Positions 38,237-48,460 are shown, counted from the stretch's first letter. The stretch: DNA of 64,000 nt from an uncultured Phycisphaerales bacterium (GCA_938084645.1 CALKEP010000004.1:32001-96000), one strand, 5' to 3'. A program made the numbers and translations. Notes: a model not told the origin generated them from the sequence alone.

Positions 38237-40582
38237 ATGACGCGCACGATCCGCATGAACCACATGAACCCGCTGATTCGCCCCGTCTCGTCGACTCCCT
38301 CGCCCCTTCCGGCCGGGATCGCCGCCCTCGCGTTCCTCGCGGCGACGACGGTTTCCATCACCGCGATGGCACAGGATGCCGACACCGCCGCCCACTTCGG
38401 CTTCGACGCCCTCGAAGTGGTCCCGGTCGGTCCGAACGCCGGCCCGCTCCTGTCGACCGACCTCGACGCCGACGGTCTCCAGGATCTCCTCGTCGTCAAC
38501 AACCACAAGAGCCGGATCGAGTTCCTCCGCCAGCGGGCGGACGCGGTTCCCGGTGAGGCCAAACCGCCGCGACGGGCGAACGAGCTTCCCGAGCACTGGC
38601 GGTTCGAGCGGATCGAGATTCCCGTGAACTTCGAAGTCGGGGCGATCCAGGCCGTCGACGTCGACGGCGACGGCATGCTCGACATCGTCGCGGGCGGTCG
38701 CCCGAATTCGATCCACGTCTACCGACAGTCCGCACCGGGCGAGTTCGAACTGCTTCGTCGGAACCGGGTCCGCGGGCTCGGCGTCTCGCGGGACGGCATG
38801 CTGGTGGAGGACCTCGTCGGAACCGACGGACCACTCGAAGTCGTCGGACTCGTGGGCGGACGGATCAAGATCTGGCCGCTCGAGCGAAACGGCCGGCTCG
38901 CACCGCCCAAGGATCTCAACGCCGGCGACGACCGGATCATCGCGGTCTTCGCCGAGGACTTCGACGGCAACGGCCTGCTCGATCTCGCCGGCATCGCCGC
39001 CGACGACGAAGCCCCGGTCCGGATCTGGCTCGCTTCCCGCGTCGACGCGGAAAAGGACTTCGGCCCCCAGCTTCGATTCGAGATGCCCCCGATCGCGGAG
39101 GCTGACGGGGTGATCCTGCCCGGGCGGGACACCGCCCAGCTCGCGGTGATCGAACGACCGACCAAGCGACTCGTGGTGCACGAATTCCGCGTGGACGACG
39201 AGGAGGGTGGGGAGCCGTCCTTCGAGGTCCACGGATTCACCGATCCGGGTGAACGCAAGCGGGACGTGGTCGTCGCCGATCTCGACGGCGACGATCTGCT
39301 CGACGTCCTCGCCACCGATCGGGCGGAGAACGCGATCGCGACCTGGATGCAGATCCCGGGGCGGGGCCTCGGCGGCAGCCGGACCTCCCCCAGCTTCGCC
39401 GCCCCGGATGCGGTCGAGGCCGGCGACATCGACGGTGACGGCATCGCGGAGGTCTTCGTGCTGAGCGAGGAGGAGGGCGTGGTCGGTCGGGCATCCGTCG
39501 GCCCCGACGGCATCGGCTTCCCGGAAGCCCTTCGTCTTCCCGCGGGCGACGTCCCCGTGGCGATGAAGCTGGTCGACCTCGAGGATGGTCCCGCCCTCGC
39601 GGTGATCGCCTCCAAGGACAAGCGGTTCTCCCTGGACCTCCTCGCCCTCGACGGCGGGGAGACCGAGGTCATCGAGCTCGGTCGCGCCACCCGTGGGCCC
39701 GACACCGTCCTCGACGTCGACGCCGACCAGGACGGGCGCATCGACCTGCTGGTGTTCACCGCCGACAAGCCGATGATGATGCTTCGAGCGGGCGACGACG
39801 GATTCACGCTGGTCGAGAAGGACGACATGCCGCAGTTCGGACTGGTCAGCGCCGCCGGCGCGGGGAACACCGGTCGCTTCGACATCGACGGCGACGGCAC
39901 CGAGGAACTCCTCGTCGCCGACCGCAACTTCATCCGCGGTCTTCGCTACGACGACGAGAAGGGCTGGACGGTGGTCTCGCAGCTCAACGCCGATCGGGAC
40001 GCCAAGCTGGTGTCGGTGGCCATCCTCGGCGATCGAATCGTCGCGGCCGATCGAGAGGGTCGACGGTTGCTCGTCTTCGAGCGGGCGGGCAGCGGCTGGG
40101 CGGTGACCGACGAGATCGCGATCCGCGGCATCGATCCGGTCCGGATCGAACGCGGCGGCTTCGGTGGTTCGAGCGAAGAGGACGATCTGCTGCTCGTCGG
40201 AAACGACGCCTTCGCGGTGGTTCGACTCGACGGCGATCGACCTCGACTGGTGGAGACCGGTTCGTGGCGTCCGGACGACAATCGAAAGGTCCCGCACGAA
40301 GTCGGGATCGGCGATCTCAACGGCGACGGACGGATCGATCTGGTCGCGCTCGACGCGGGCACGCAGATGGCGGACATCCTGAGCTTCAGCGATCGGGGCC
40401 GACTCCACCCGATGACCGGGTTCACGATCTTCGAGACCAAGATGTTCAGCGGCGGCGAGCCGCGGGAGTTCGAGCCGCGGCAGGTCCTGGTGGCCGACGT
40501 GACCGGCGATGGCGCCGACGACATGGTCCTCGTCGCCCACGACCGGATCCTGGTGTATCCGCAGTCGGTCGTGGAACCATGA
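38237..40582 (+). CDS. secreted VCBS/FG-GAP repeat protein
   Basis: repeated DxDGDGxxD motifs (DLDADGLQD, DVDGDGMLD, DFDGNGLLD, DLNGDGRID, DVTGDGADD); signal peptide AMA; start approximate. Confidence 0.88.
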   Translation: MTRTIRMNHMNPLIRPVSSTPSPLPAGIAALAFLAATTVSITAMAQDADTAAHFGFDALEVVPVGPNAGPLLSTDLDADGLQDLLVVNNHKSRIEFLRQRADAVPGEAKPPRRANELPEHWRFERIEIPVNFEVGAIQAVDVDGDGMLDIVAGGRPNSIHVYRQSAPGEFELLRRNRVRGLGVSRDGMLVEDLVGTDGPLEVVGLVGGRIKIWPLERNGRLAPPKDLNAGDDRIIAVFAEDFDGNGLLDLAGIAADDEAPVRIWLASRVDAEKDFGPQLRFEMPPIAEADGVILPGRDTAQLAVIERPTKRLVVHEFRVDDEEGGEPSFEVHGFTDPGERKRDVVVADLDGDDLLDVLATDRAENAIATWMQIPGRGLGGSRTSPSFAAPDAVEAGDIDGDGIAEVFVLSEEEGVVGRASVGPDGIGFPEALRLPAGDVPVAMKLVDLEDGPALAVIASKDKRFSLDLLALDGGETEVIELGRATRGPDTVLDVDADQDGRIDLLVFTADKPMMMLRAGDDGFTLVEKDDMPQFGLVSAAGAGNTGRFDIDGDGTEELLVADRNFIRGLRYDDEKGWTVVSQLNADRDAKLVSVAILGDRIVAADREGRRLLVFERAGSGWAVTDEIAIRGIDPVRIERGGFGGSSEEDDLLLVGNDAFAVVRLDGDRPRLVETGSWRPDDNRKVPHEVGIGDLNGDGRIDLVALDAGTQMADILSFSDRGRLHPMTGFTIFETKMFSGGEPREFEPRQVLVADVTGDGADDMVLVAHDRILVYPQSVVEP

Positions 40583-40667
40583 GAATTCGGGGATCCGAGC
40601 GCGAATCGCATCGGATCTTCGCGCCGTGCGCCTTGATTCGAGCCCGCCGCGAGGAAATGCTTCCCGC

Positions 40668-42068
40668 ATGAACGACGTGGACCGAAGATCCTTCCTGCGC
40701 ATGGCGGCCGCCACCACCGGCGGCTTCCTCGGACTTCGGGACGCGGTCGCGGCGAACCTCCTCGGCTTCGGCGACGCCGCCCGCGGATACGGCGACCTGG
40801 TGGAGGACCCCGCCGGGATCCTCGACCTGCCCACCGGGTTCTCGTATCGCATCATCTCCCGCTGGGGCGAGGAGATGGACGACGGCCTGCTGGTCCCCCA
40901 CGAACACGACGGCATGGCGGCGTTCGACGGCGGGCCGGGACGGACGATCCTCGTCCGCAACCACGAGATCGGGGTCGACGCCGATCTCGGGTGGGGCGCG
41001 TTCGGTCCGAACCTCGAACGACTGGGGCTCGTCGACCGATCGAAGTTCTTCGACCCGGGCAGCGGCGATCGACCGGTCCTCGGTGGAACCACCACCATCG
41101 TCTACGACCAGCGGTCCGGAACGGTCGAAAAGCACTTCCTGAGCCTGGCCGGGACCGGACGGAACTGCGCGGGCGGACCGACACCGTGGAACAGCTGGAT
41201 CACCTGCGAGGAGTGGACGCAGAAGGCGGACGAGGCCTGCGCGAAGGACCATGGCTGGTGCTTCGAGGTTCCCGCCACGGACCAGATCGGACTCGCCACC
41301 CCGAGACCGCTTCGAGGACTGGGGCGATTTCACCACGAGGCGATCGCGGTCGCGCCCGACGGGCGATGCGTCTACCTCACCGAGGACCGGAACGACGGCC
41401 TGCTCTACCGCTTCGTTCCGGATCATCCCGGACGGCTCGCCGAAGGCGGACGACTTCAGGCCCTCGTGGTGCGAGGCCGCCCCTCGATCGATCTTCGCAA
41501 CTGGATCGACCCCGCGACCGAGGTCCCGATCGCCGTCGCCGGCCAGGGCCTTCCCGTCGAGTGGATCGATCTCGATCTTCCCGAAAGTCCCGACGACGAC
41601 CTCCGGTTCAGGGGCCACGACGCCGGCGCCGCGCGATTCGCCCGGGGCGAAGGCATGTGGACCGGACAGGACGAGATCCTCTTCGCCTGCACCACCGGTG
41701 GCGTCGCCCGCATCGGTCAGATCTGGAAGTACCGACCCTCGCCCGCCGAAGGCCTCGAGGGCGAACACGCGGCTCCGGGGACGCTCGAGTTGTCGATCGA
41801 GGCGACCGAAGGCGGCGTGATCGAGAACGCGGACAACCTCACCATCGCCCCGTGGGGCGACGTCTTCGTGTGCGAGGACGGGCCGCCCGGAAACGGACTG
41901 GTGCGAGTGACGCCCGAGGGCGAGGTCGACCGCTTCGCCCTGAACCGGCTCAGCGGAAGCGAGCTGGCCGGCGCCTGTTTCAGCCCCGACGGAAACACGC
42001 TCTTCGTCAACATCCAGCACCAGGGCATCACCGTCGCGATCGACGGTCCCTGGCGGTCCCCGGCCTGA
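40668..42068 (+). CDS. phoX: PhoX family alkaline phosphatase (DUF839), Tat-exported
   Basis: Tat 'DRRSFL', 'HDGMAAF', 'RNCAGGPTPWNSWITCEE', 'GRFHHEA', 'NADNL', 'NIQH'. Confidence 0.88.
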   Translation: MNDVDRRSFLRMAAATTGGFLGLRDAVAANLLGFGDAARGYGDLVEDPAGILDLPTGFSYRIISRWGEEMDDGLLVPHEHDGMAAFDGGPGRTILVRNHEIGVDADLGWGAFGPNLERLGLVDRSKFFDPGSGDRPVLGGTTTIVYDQRSGTVEKHFLSLAGTGRNCAGGPTPWNSWITCEEWTQKADEACAKDHGWCFEVPATDQIGLATPRPLRGLGRFHHEAIAVAPDGRCVYLTEDRNDGLLYRFVPDHPGRLAEGGRLQALVVRGRPSIDLRNWIDPATEVPIAVAGQGLPVEWIDLDLPESPDDDLRFRGHDAGAARFARGEGMWTGQDEILFACTTGGVARIGQIWKYRPSPAEGLEGEHAAPGTLELSIEATEGGVIENADNLTIAPWGDVFVCEDGPPGNGLVRVTPEGEVDRFALNRLSGSELAGACFSPDGNTLFVNIQHQGITVAIDGPWRSPA

Positions 42069-42251
42069 CCACCGGACCGCGATCCTCGTCGGCGTCCGGG
42101 CGACTCAGAGGAGCGAGCCCGCATCCAGGATGAAACAGAGGACCACGATCAACGACGCGCTCACGAGGCGTCCGACGTCCTTCGTCGGCGTGACCTTCGC
42201 GGGTCATGCCTCACCGTCCGATCCGCCACCACCGCGGCGGGTCGGGCGAGA

Positions 42252-43397
42252 TCAGCGGTCACCGAGCGCGACGTACGGAACCTCGTGCGGCCCCACGTAG
42301 GCGGCGCCGGGCCGGATGAGCTTGTTGTCCTTCAGGTACTCGATGCAGTGGCCGGTCCAGCCGCTCATTCGGCTGAGGGCGAACATCGGCGTGAAGAGAT
42401 CCAGATCGAGGCCGAGCGACCAGTAGGTCGTCGCGGAGTAGAAGTCGACGTTCGGGAAGATGCCCTTGTCGGCGACGGCCTCGTGCATGATCTCCTCGAT
42501 CCGCTTGCTCATCTCGTAGAGCGGGAGGTTGCCGGTGTCCCGGGCGAGTCCCTCGGCGAAGGTCTTGAGATACGTGGCCCGCGGATCGTACGCCTTGTAG
42601 ACGCGATGCCCGAAGCCCATGATCTTCTCCTTGCGCTCGAGCTTGCCCTTCATGAACTCGTCGACCTTCGACATGTCGCCGATCTCGTTGAGCATCACCA
42701 TCACGCCTTCGTTCGCACCACCGTGGAGCGGCCCGCGAAGGGCGCCGACGGCCGCGGAGCACGCGGAGTAGAGATCACTGAGCGTCGAGATCACGACCAG
42801 CGAGGTGAAGGTCGAGGCGTTGAAGCCGTGGTCGGCGTGCAGCACGAGGCAGACGTCGAGGGCGCGGACCATGGTCTCGGTCGGCTCCTCGCCGCGAAGC
42901 ATCCAGAGGAAGTTGCTCGCGATCGAACGATTCGCATCGGGGGCGACGATGTCCTTGCCCTTGCGGTGCCGATCGAACGCCGCGATGAGGGTCGGCGTCT
43001 TCGCGACGAGCCGGATCGCCTTGCGAATGTTGGCTTCGGGGGAGTCGTCGTCGGCCTCGGCGTCGAAGAGCGAGAGGCTGGAGACGAGGGTCTGCACGGT
43101 GTGCATCGGCGAGGCGTCGGCCGGAACCGCGCGGATCATGTCGAGGACCCCGGCGGGGAGCTCGTATTCCGCCCGAAGCTGCTGCTCGAAGGCGGCGAGC
43201 TCCGCGGCGTTCGGGAGGCGTCCGTTCCAGAGCAGGTAGGTCGACTCCTCGAAGGTGGAGTTCCGGGCGAGGGAGTCGATGTCGACGCCGACGTACTCGA
43301 GGATCCCCTTTTCGCCGTCGATGAAGGACATCTGCGTCTCGGCCGCGATGGTGTTGACGAGACCCTGGTCGAACTGCTTCTCGGTGGCGGTGCTCAT
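42252..43397 (-). CDS. gltA: citrate synthase (or 2-methylcitrate synthase)
   Basis: 'LHADHGFNAST', 'GPLHGGANE', 'MGFGHRVYK', 'PNVDFYS'. Confidence 0.92.
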   Translation of the reverse strand: MSTATEKQFDQGLVNTIAAETQMSFIDGEKGILEYVGVDIDSLARNSTFEESTYLLWNGRLPNAAELAAFEQQLRAEYELPAGVLDMIRAVPADASPMHTVQTLVSSLSLFDAEADDDSPEANIRKAIRLVAKTPTLIAAFDRHRKGKDIVAPDANRSIASNFLWMLRGEEPTETMVRALDVCLVLHADHGFNASTFTSLVVISTLSDLYSACSAAVGALRGPLHGGANEGVMVMLNEIGDMSKVDEFMKGKLERKEKIMGFGHRVYKAYDPRATYLKTFAEGLARDTGNLPLYEMSKRIEEIMHEAVADKGIFPNVDFYSATTYWSLGLDLDLFTPMFALSRMSGWTGHCIEYLKDNKLIRPGAAYVGPHEVPYVALGDR

Positions 43398-43657
43398 GGC
43401 ACATGGACTCCGTTGGACGTCTGATCGACGGACTGATTTCGAAAGAACGAACTCGAAGGAATTCGCCCACCGGCCCGTTCTGGATGCCCCTTCGAGGGGG
43501 GATCTCGGACCGCGAGGGGCATCGGATCGGCGACGTGCCGGAACCGGGCCCCGCCCCAGCCGCGCAGACGCGCCGGGTCGACCAGTGTAGGGCGTCCGGC
43601 CGTCTCGCTCAATGCCCGATCCGACGTTCGCTCCGGTCCCGGCCGTAGACTCCCGGC

Positions 43658-44866
43658 ATGCTCATCCCTCTCGGAACCGACCGCCTGCCGCCTCGACGGG
43701 CCATCACGACCAGCATTCTGATCGTCCTCAACCTGCTGGTCTTTCTGGGAATGATCCTCGCCAATCGGTCCGGGTACGCCTCGCTCGAGGACACCCTGAA
43801 CGCGGGGGCGGTCGGCCGGAACGGCTTCGAACCCTGGACGCTGCTCACCTATCAGTTCCTCCATGACCCGAACGGGCTCGGACACCTCGGGTTCAACATG
43901 CTGTTCCTCTGGGTCTTCGGCCAGGCCGTCGAGTCGAGACTCGGGCACTGGGGCTTCGCGGCCTTCTACCTGCTCGGTGGGATCGCCGCGGCCCTCGCGC
44001 ACATGGTCGCGAGCCCCGCCCCGGCGATCGGCGCCTCGGGATCCGTGGCGGCGGTCAGCGGCGCATTTCTCGCGCTCTTCCCACGGGCCACGGTGCGGAT
44101 CCTCCTGTTCTTCTTCCTGATCGGGATCTACCACATCCCCGCCCTCTGGTTCATCGCCTTCTACATCGTGATCGATCTGTTCAGTCAGTTCGCGGGGATG
44201 CTCGGGCGATCGAACGACGTCGCCAACGCGGCACACCTCGGCGGGTACGCCTTCGGATTCTCGACGGCACTCCTGCTCCTCGCCGTCGGCATGCTGCCCC
44301 GCACGGACCTCGACGCCCTCTACCTCTTCAAGCAGTCGCGCCGTCGCGCTGCGATGCGGGCGGCGACGCGGGAGTACGGAAGCGGATTCGACACCGCGAC
44401 GCCGACCACCGCGACGCCCCGCGCGATCACCGCGAAGGATCGGTCCGACGGCGTGCCGGAACTCGTGCCCGTCGCACCGGACGAGCATGCGGAGGATCGG
44501 CGGATCATCACGGAGGCGCTCCGACGTGACGACTCGGCCGCAGCGGTCGAGGCGTACCGAGCGGCATCCGGGAAGCTCCGACTGGCCGACGGCGATCAGG
44601 CGGAGATCGGCAACCGCGCCATGGCCCTCGGCGACGCGGACACCGCGGTGCGGGCCTACACGGACCTGCTCGAACGACGTGGTGAACGGACCAACGGATC
44701 GGGTGGTTCGAGCGACGACATCCGTCTCCTGCTGTCATCGATGCTGGTCAGACGGCTCGGTCGCCCCGCCGACGCGAAGCCGCACCTCGACGCGCTCAAG
44801 GACCGGTCGCTCACGCCTGACGCCGCGACCCTGCGTGACGCCCTGCTGGCGGAGATGGAGAACTGA
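43658..44866 (+). CDS. rhomboid family intramembrane serine protease with C-terminal TPR-like domain
   Basis: 'HLGFNM', 'GASG', 'AHLGG'; helical soluble tail. Confidence 0.92.
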   Translation: MLIPLGTDRLPPRRAITTSILIVLNLLVFLGMILANRSGYASLEDTLNAGAVGRNGFEPWTLLTYQFLHDPNGLGHLGFNMLFLWVFGQAVESRLGHWGFAAFYLLGGIAAALAHMVASPAPAIGASGSVAAVSGAFLALFPRATVRILLFFFLIGIYHIPALWFIAFYIVIDLFSQFAGMLGRSNDVANAAHLGGYAFGFSTALLLLAVGMLPRTDLDALYLFKQSRRRAAMRAATREYGSGFDTATPTTATPRAITAKDRSDGVPELVPVAPDEHAEDRRIITEALRRDDSAAAVEAYRAASGKLRLADGDQAEIGNRAMALGDADTAVRAYTDLLERRGERTNGSGGSSDDIRLLLSSMLVRRLGRPADAKPHLDALKDRSLTPDAATLRDALLAEMEN

Positions 44867-45507
44867 TGTCTTTCGAACGCGACCTGCTCGATCCCACGCG
44901 ATCACCGATGGTGAAGATCTGCGGCGTTCGCACGCCCGCGGATCTCGAGGCCTGCGCCGACGCCGGCGTCGACGCGGTCGGACTGGTCTTCGCCCCGGGC
45001 TCACCGCGTGAACTCGGACCTGCCGAGCTCGTCGAACTCGTCGCGGAGATGCCCGACGAACTCGAGCCGATCGGGCTCTTCGTCGAACCCGCCAACGACC
45101 TGCTCGACGCCTGGCCCGGCGCGTGGATCCAACTCCACGGCGACGAATCGGCGGCACGAGTGACCGCGATCGCCGCGGAGACCGGCCATCGGATCATCAA
45201 GGCGTTTCCGTTCGATGCCGACGACTGCCGACGCTGGGACGAACATCCCGACGTCGAAATCCTGCTGATCGACGGCCCGCGCGGCGGCAGCGGCGAGCCG
45301 TTCGACCACGCGGCCCTCGCCCCCCTGCTCGCGACGCTCGAAAAACCCGTGATCATCGCGGGCGGGCTCGATCCCGAAACCGTCGGCGAGGTGGTGCGCG
45401 ACCTCGGCCCGTTCGGCGTCGACGTCTCGAGCGGCGTGGAGTCGTCCCGCGGCGTCAAGGACCACGACCGCATCCGCGGGTTCACCGCGGCGGCGCGGGC
45501 GGACTGA
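44866..45507 (+). CDS. trpF: phosphoribosylanthranilate isomerase
   Basis: 'VKICG', 'IQLHGDE', 'GGSGEPFD', 'AGGL', 'GVDVSSGVE'. Confidence 0.95.
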   Translation: MSFERDLLDPTRSPMVKICGVRTPADLEACADAGVDAVGLVFAPGSPRELGPAELVELVAEMPDELEPIGLFVEPANDLLDAWPGAWIQLHGDESAARVTAIAAETGHRIIKAFPFDADDCRRWDEHPDVEILLIDGPRGGSGEPFDHAALAPLLATLEKPVIIAGGLDPETVGEVVRDLGPFGVDVSSGVESSRGVKDHDRIRGFTAAARAD

Positions 45508-45534
45508 CGTCCCACGGAACCCCGATCCCGTCGC

Positions 45535-46785
45535 TCAGACCGTGGCCATGACGCGGGCGGTGTTCTTGCTGGCGATCCACTCCCGGAGTTCACCACGCCG
45601 GGTGTTCCAGGTGCCGCTGAATCGCTCGTCGAGGAACCGGCCGTAGAGCTCGAGCAGGATCGCATCGACGTCGAAGGTCGATTCGATCCGCTGGGCGATC
45701 GCCTCGTGCTCGCTGCCCGGCCGATCCTCGGGACGCGGGATCTTGAGTCCCCCCACGCGGAACAGATCGCCCTGCAGGTCGAAGGTCCACTCCGCCTCGC
45801 CGTCGGCCATCGTGAAACCGATCTTCCGCGGCCACTTGCCCTGCTGGAGCGCCTTCGACACCTCGGCGCTTCGTCCCGGGCCGTCGCCGCGAAGCGACTG
45901 GCGACCGGTGATGCCCCAGGCGCACTCCATGTCGATGGTCCGATCGACCATCATCGACACGCTCCGACCGTCGTCGAGATCGAACAATCCCTCGTTCACC
46001 TCGGTGTGCCACCAGAGCCAGAGCAGGAAGACGTTTCCGAGGAAGTCCTTCGGTTCCGGACCCGCCATCGCCCACGGCACGTCGGGCCGTTCGCCGACCT
46101 CCGCGGACTGCTCGAGATTGCGTGGCGTCGGGGCCGCGGTGAACGCGTCGGGCATCGCATCGTCGAACGCGCTCGCGATCCCCTTGGCGACCAGCAGGTC
46201 GAGCGCGAGCCCGCCGGCGGACTGGGCCTGGAGTCGGGCGCCGAACGTCGCCTGGAAGAGATCGCGCAACGCGTCGAAGACCTTCTCGCTCGTGGCCGGC
46301 GCGAGGATCGTCGCGGTCGCGGGATCCCACACCATGGGAACGAGCTTGCTGGATCGGTACCGGCCGTCGGCGACCTCCTCGAGCCAGCGCCGCTCCGCGG
46401 CCTCCTTCGCCTCGCGCTTCGCATTGCGTCCCAGCGGCTTCGCCGGCATCCCGGCGGCATCACCGCCGCGATCGGCCATCGCCTTCCGCAGCGCCGTCTG
46501 CTCCTGCGCGACGTAGGCCGCCCGGATCTCGCCGGGCACCCGGACCGCATCCATCCGCATCGCGGCGTGCAACCGTCCGTCGAAGACGCATCGGTCCCAG
46601 GCGAAGTCGTGGTCGAGGATGTGCTCGCCCGCGGTCCATCCGGTCTCGACGTCGGTGGGGACGCCGACCGTCGGGACGAGTCGTCCCGATGCGAACGCGT
46701 CGAGCAGCGATTGTTCGATCCGGGCCGGGGCGTCGCCGCCGATCCGGAAGCGGGCGTAGGTGACGTTTCCTCGAGTGAAGGGCAT
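45535..46785 (-). CDS. RdgC-like hypothetical protein
   Basis: 'GNVTYARF', 'GWTAGEH', 'MRMD..RVP', 'FLGNVFLLWLW' resemble the RdgC-like family; ATG at 46785. Confidence 0.65.
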   Translation of the reverse strand: MPFTRGNVTYARFRIGGDAPARIEQSLLDAFASGRLVPTVGVPTDVETGWTAGEHILDHDFAWDRCVFDGRLHAAMRMDAVRVPGEIRAAYVAQEQTALRKAMADRGGDAAGMPAKPLGRNAKREAKEAAERRWLEEVADGRYRSSKLVPMVWDPATATILAPATSEKVFDALRDLFQATFGARLQAQSAGGLALDLLVAKGIASAFDDAMPDAFTAAPTPRNLEQSAEVGERPDVPWAMAGPEPKDFLGNVFLLWLWWHTEVNEGLFDLDDGRSVSMMVDRTIDMECAWGITGRQSLRGDGPGRSAEVSKALQQGKWPRKIGFTMADGEAEWTFDLQGDLFRVGGLKIPRPEDRPGSEHEAIAQRIESTFDVDAILLELYGRFLDERFSGTWNTRRGELREWIASKNTARVMATV

Positions 46786-46847
46786 GCGGGGATTGTCACC
46801 CGTCGCACGACGTCGACTCCGCTTCCGGCGGGTTTTCCACGCCGCGA

Positions 46848-46916
46848 TCAGGCCGCCGACGCGCGGCGAAACACGATGCGGGCCCCGTCGGGCTTCACGT
46901 CGAAGCCGAGCTGGAG
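46848..46916 (-). pseudogene. degenerate duplicate of the hpnH 3' end
   Basis: translates LQLGFDVKPDGARIVFRRASAA* versus HpnH C-terminus VQLGFAVDVKPDGTREVVKRDNDEAAA*. Confidence 0.65.
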
Positions 46917-46946
46917 GTCGTTGGCCGTCCCGGCCGCGCGAGGGCA

Positions 46947-47291
46947 TCACGCGGGCAGGAACTGGACGATGCCGATACGGCCTTCGCGGAGGGTGTATCG
47001 CACCAGGAGATCGCCCTCGGTCCGTTCCCCGGTGTCTGGATGGACCCGCCACCAGTGCTCGAGATCGACGGCATGATCGCCGGCGACGACTCGACGGGAG
47101 ACGGTGCCTCCGAAGGACCAGCGGGCGAACATGTCCTGGTAGCGATCCCGAAAGGACGTGATGCCGGACGTGCCGGGAGCAAGGTCGTTCCAGACCTCGA
47201 CCTGGTCGTGGTAGCAATCGCAGAATCCATCGAGGTCCGAAGCGTTGTAGGCCTCGAGCTGCCGGCCGGCGAGTTCCTCGATCTCGCTCAC
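46947..47291 (-). CDS. NTF2/SnoaL-like family protein
   Basis: 'QLEAYNASDLDGF..Y', 'RVVAGDHAVDLE', 'YTLREGRI'; GTGA overlap with the hpnH stop. Confidence 0.85.
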   Translation of the reverse strand: MSEIEELAGRQLEAYNASDLDGFCDCYHDQVEVWNDLAPGTSGITSFRDRYQDMFARWSFGGTVSRRVVAGDHAVDLEHWWRVHPDTGERTEGDLLVRYTLREGRIGIVQFLPA

Positions 47292-48460
47292 GCGGCGGCC
47301 TCGTCGTTGTCGCGCTTCACGACTTCCCGGGTTCCGTCGGGCTTGACGTCGACGGCGAAGCCGAGCTGCACCAGGTGCTGCATCGGCCCGTGCGGCTTCG
47401 CCTTCTCCTCCTCGAGCCGCTTTCCGGCGCCGGGGTTGGCGTAGGTGTTGAAGAGCATGGCCTTGATGTTGGCCCAGATCCCCCGCACCCCGCTGAAGGT
47501 GAAGTCGACCGCGGTGGGTTCGTACCCGCAGTGCACCATGCAGTTCTGGCACTTCGGGTTCCCGCTGGCCACGCCGTAGCGATCCCACTCCGTCTCCTCC
47601 ATCAGCTCCTGGAACGAGTCGACGTACCCCTCCTGCAGCAGGTAGCAGGGCTTCTGCCAGCCGAACATGTTGTAGGTGGGGTTCCCCCAGGGCGTGCACT
47701 CGAAGTCACGCTTGCCCATCAGGAACTCGAGGAAGAGCGGTGACTGGTTGAAACGCCACCCCTTCTTGCGGTTCGACAGGATCATCTCGAAGAGCTCGTT
47801 GGTGCTCTTGCGACGCAGGAAACCCGTCTGATCGGGCGCCTTGTCGTAGGCGTACCCGGGGCTGATCATCATCCCCTCGACGCCGACCTCCATCATCTCG
47901 TCGAAGAAACCGCGGACCGCGTTCGGATCCGCACCGTCGAAGAGCGTGGTGTTCGTGGTCACCCGGAAGCCACGGTCGACCGCCAGCCGGATGCCGGCGA
48001 TGGCCTTCTCGAAGGTCCCCTCGCGACAGACCGCGAAGTCGTGGTGCTCCTCCTGCCCGTCCATGTGCACGCTGAAGGAGAGATACTTGCTCGGTTCGAA
48101 CCATCCGGCCTCGAGCTTCTCCTTGAGAAGGATGGCATTGGTGCAGAGGTAGATGTACTTCCGTCGCTTCACCAGTTCCGCGACGAGTTCGCGGATTCCG
48201 GGATGCAGGAGCGGCTCCCCACCGGGGATCGAGACCATCGGCGCCCCGCATTCGTCGACCGCCTTGAGGCAGTCCTCCACGCTCACGTCCCGCTTGAGGA
48301 TGTGCGGCGGATACTGGATCTTCCCGCATCCCGCGCAGGCGAGATTGCAGCGGAAGAGCGGCTCGAGCATGAGCACGAGCGGGTACCGGCGGCGACCCCG
48401 GAGCCGCTGACCGACCACGTAACTCGCGACCGTCCACATCTGGGAAATCGGAACTGGCAT
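47288..48460 (-). CDS. hpnH: adenosyl-hopene transferase (hopanoid biosynthesis radical SAM enzyme)
   Basis: 'PLVLMLEPLFRCNLACAGCGKI', 'CTPWGNP', 'GWQKPCYLL', 'CQNCMVHCGYE'. Confidence 0.95.
   Translation of the reverse strand: MPVPISQMWTVASYVVGQRLRGRRRYPLVLMLEPLFRCNLACAGCGKIQYPPHILKRDVSVEDCLKAVDECGAPMVSIPGGEPLLHPGIRELVAELVKRRKYIYLCTNAILLKEKLEAGWFEPSKYLSFSVHMDGQEEHHDFAVCREGTFEKAIAGIRLAVDRGFRVTTNTTLFDGADPNAVRGFFDEMMEVGVEGMMISPGYAYDKAPDQTGFLRRKSTNELFEMILSNRKKGWRFNQSPLFLEFLMGKRDFECTPWGNPTYNMFGWQKPCYLLQEGYVDSFQELMEETEWDRYGVASGNPKCQNCMVHCGYEPTAVDFTFSGVRGIWANIKAMLFNTYANPGAGKRLEEEKAKPHGPMQHLVQLGFAVDVKPDGTREVVKRDNDEAAA

Noticed and set aside
38400..40560. Recurrent GACxxCGACGGCGACGG nucleotide motifs suggesting a repeat array
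   Set aside because: They encode the DxDGDG repeats of the VCBS protein; irregular spacing, not CRISPR
42069..42251. Possible small ORF or hydrophobic peptide (…LVSASLIVVLCFILDAGSLL*) between phoX and citrate synthase, plus a hairpin at 42216-42247
   Set aside because: No convincing start or SD in the hydrophobic frame; the hairpin has no U-tract, so it is not called a terminator
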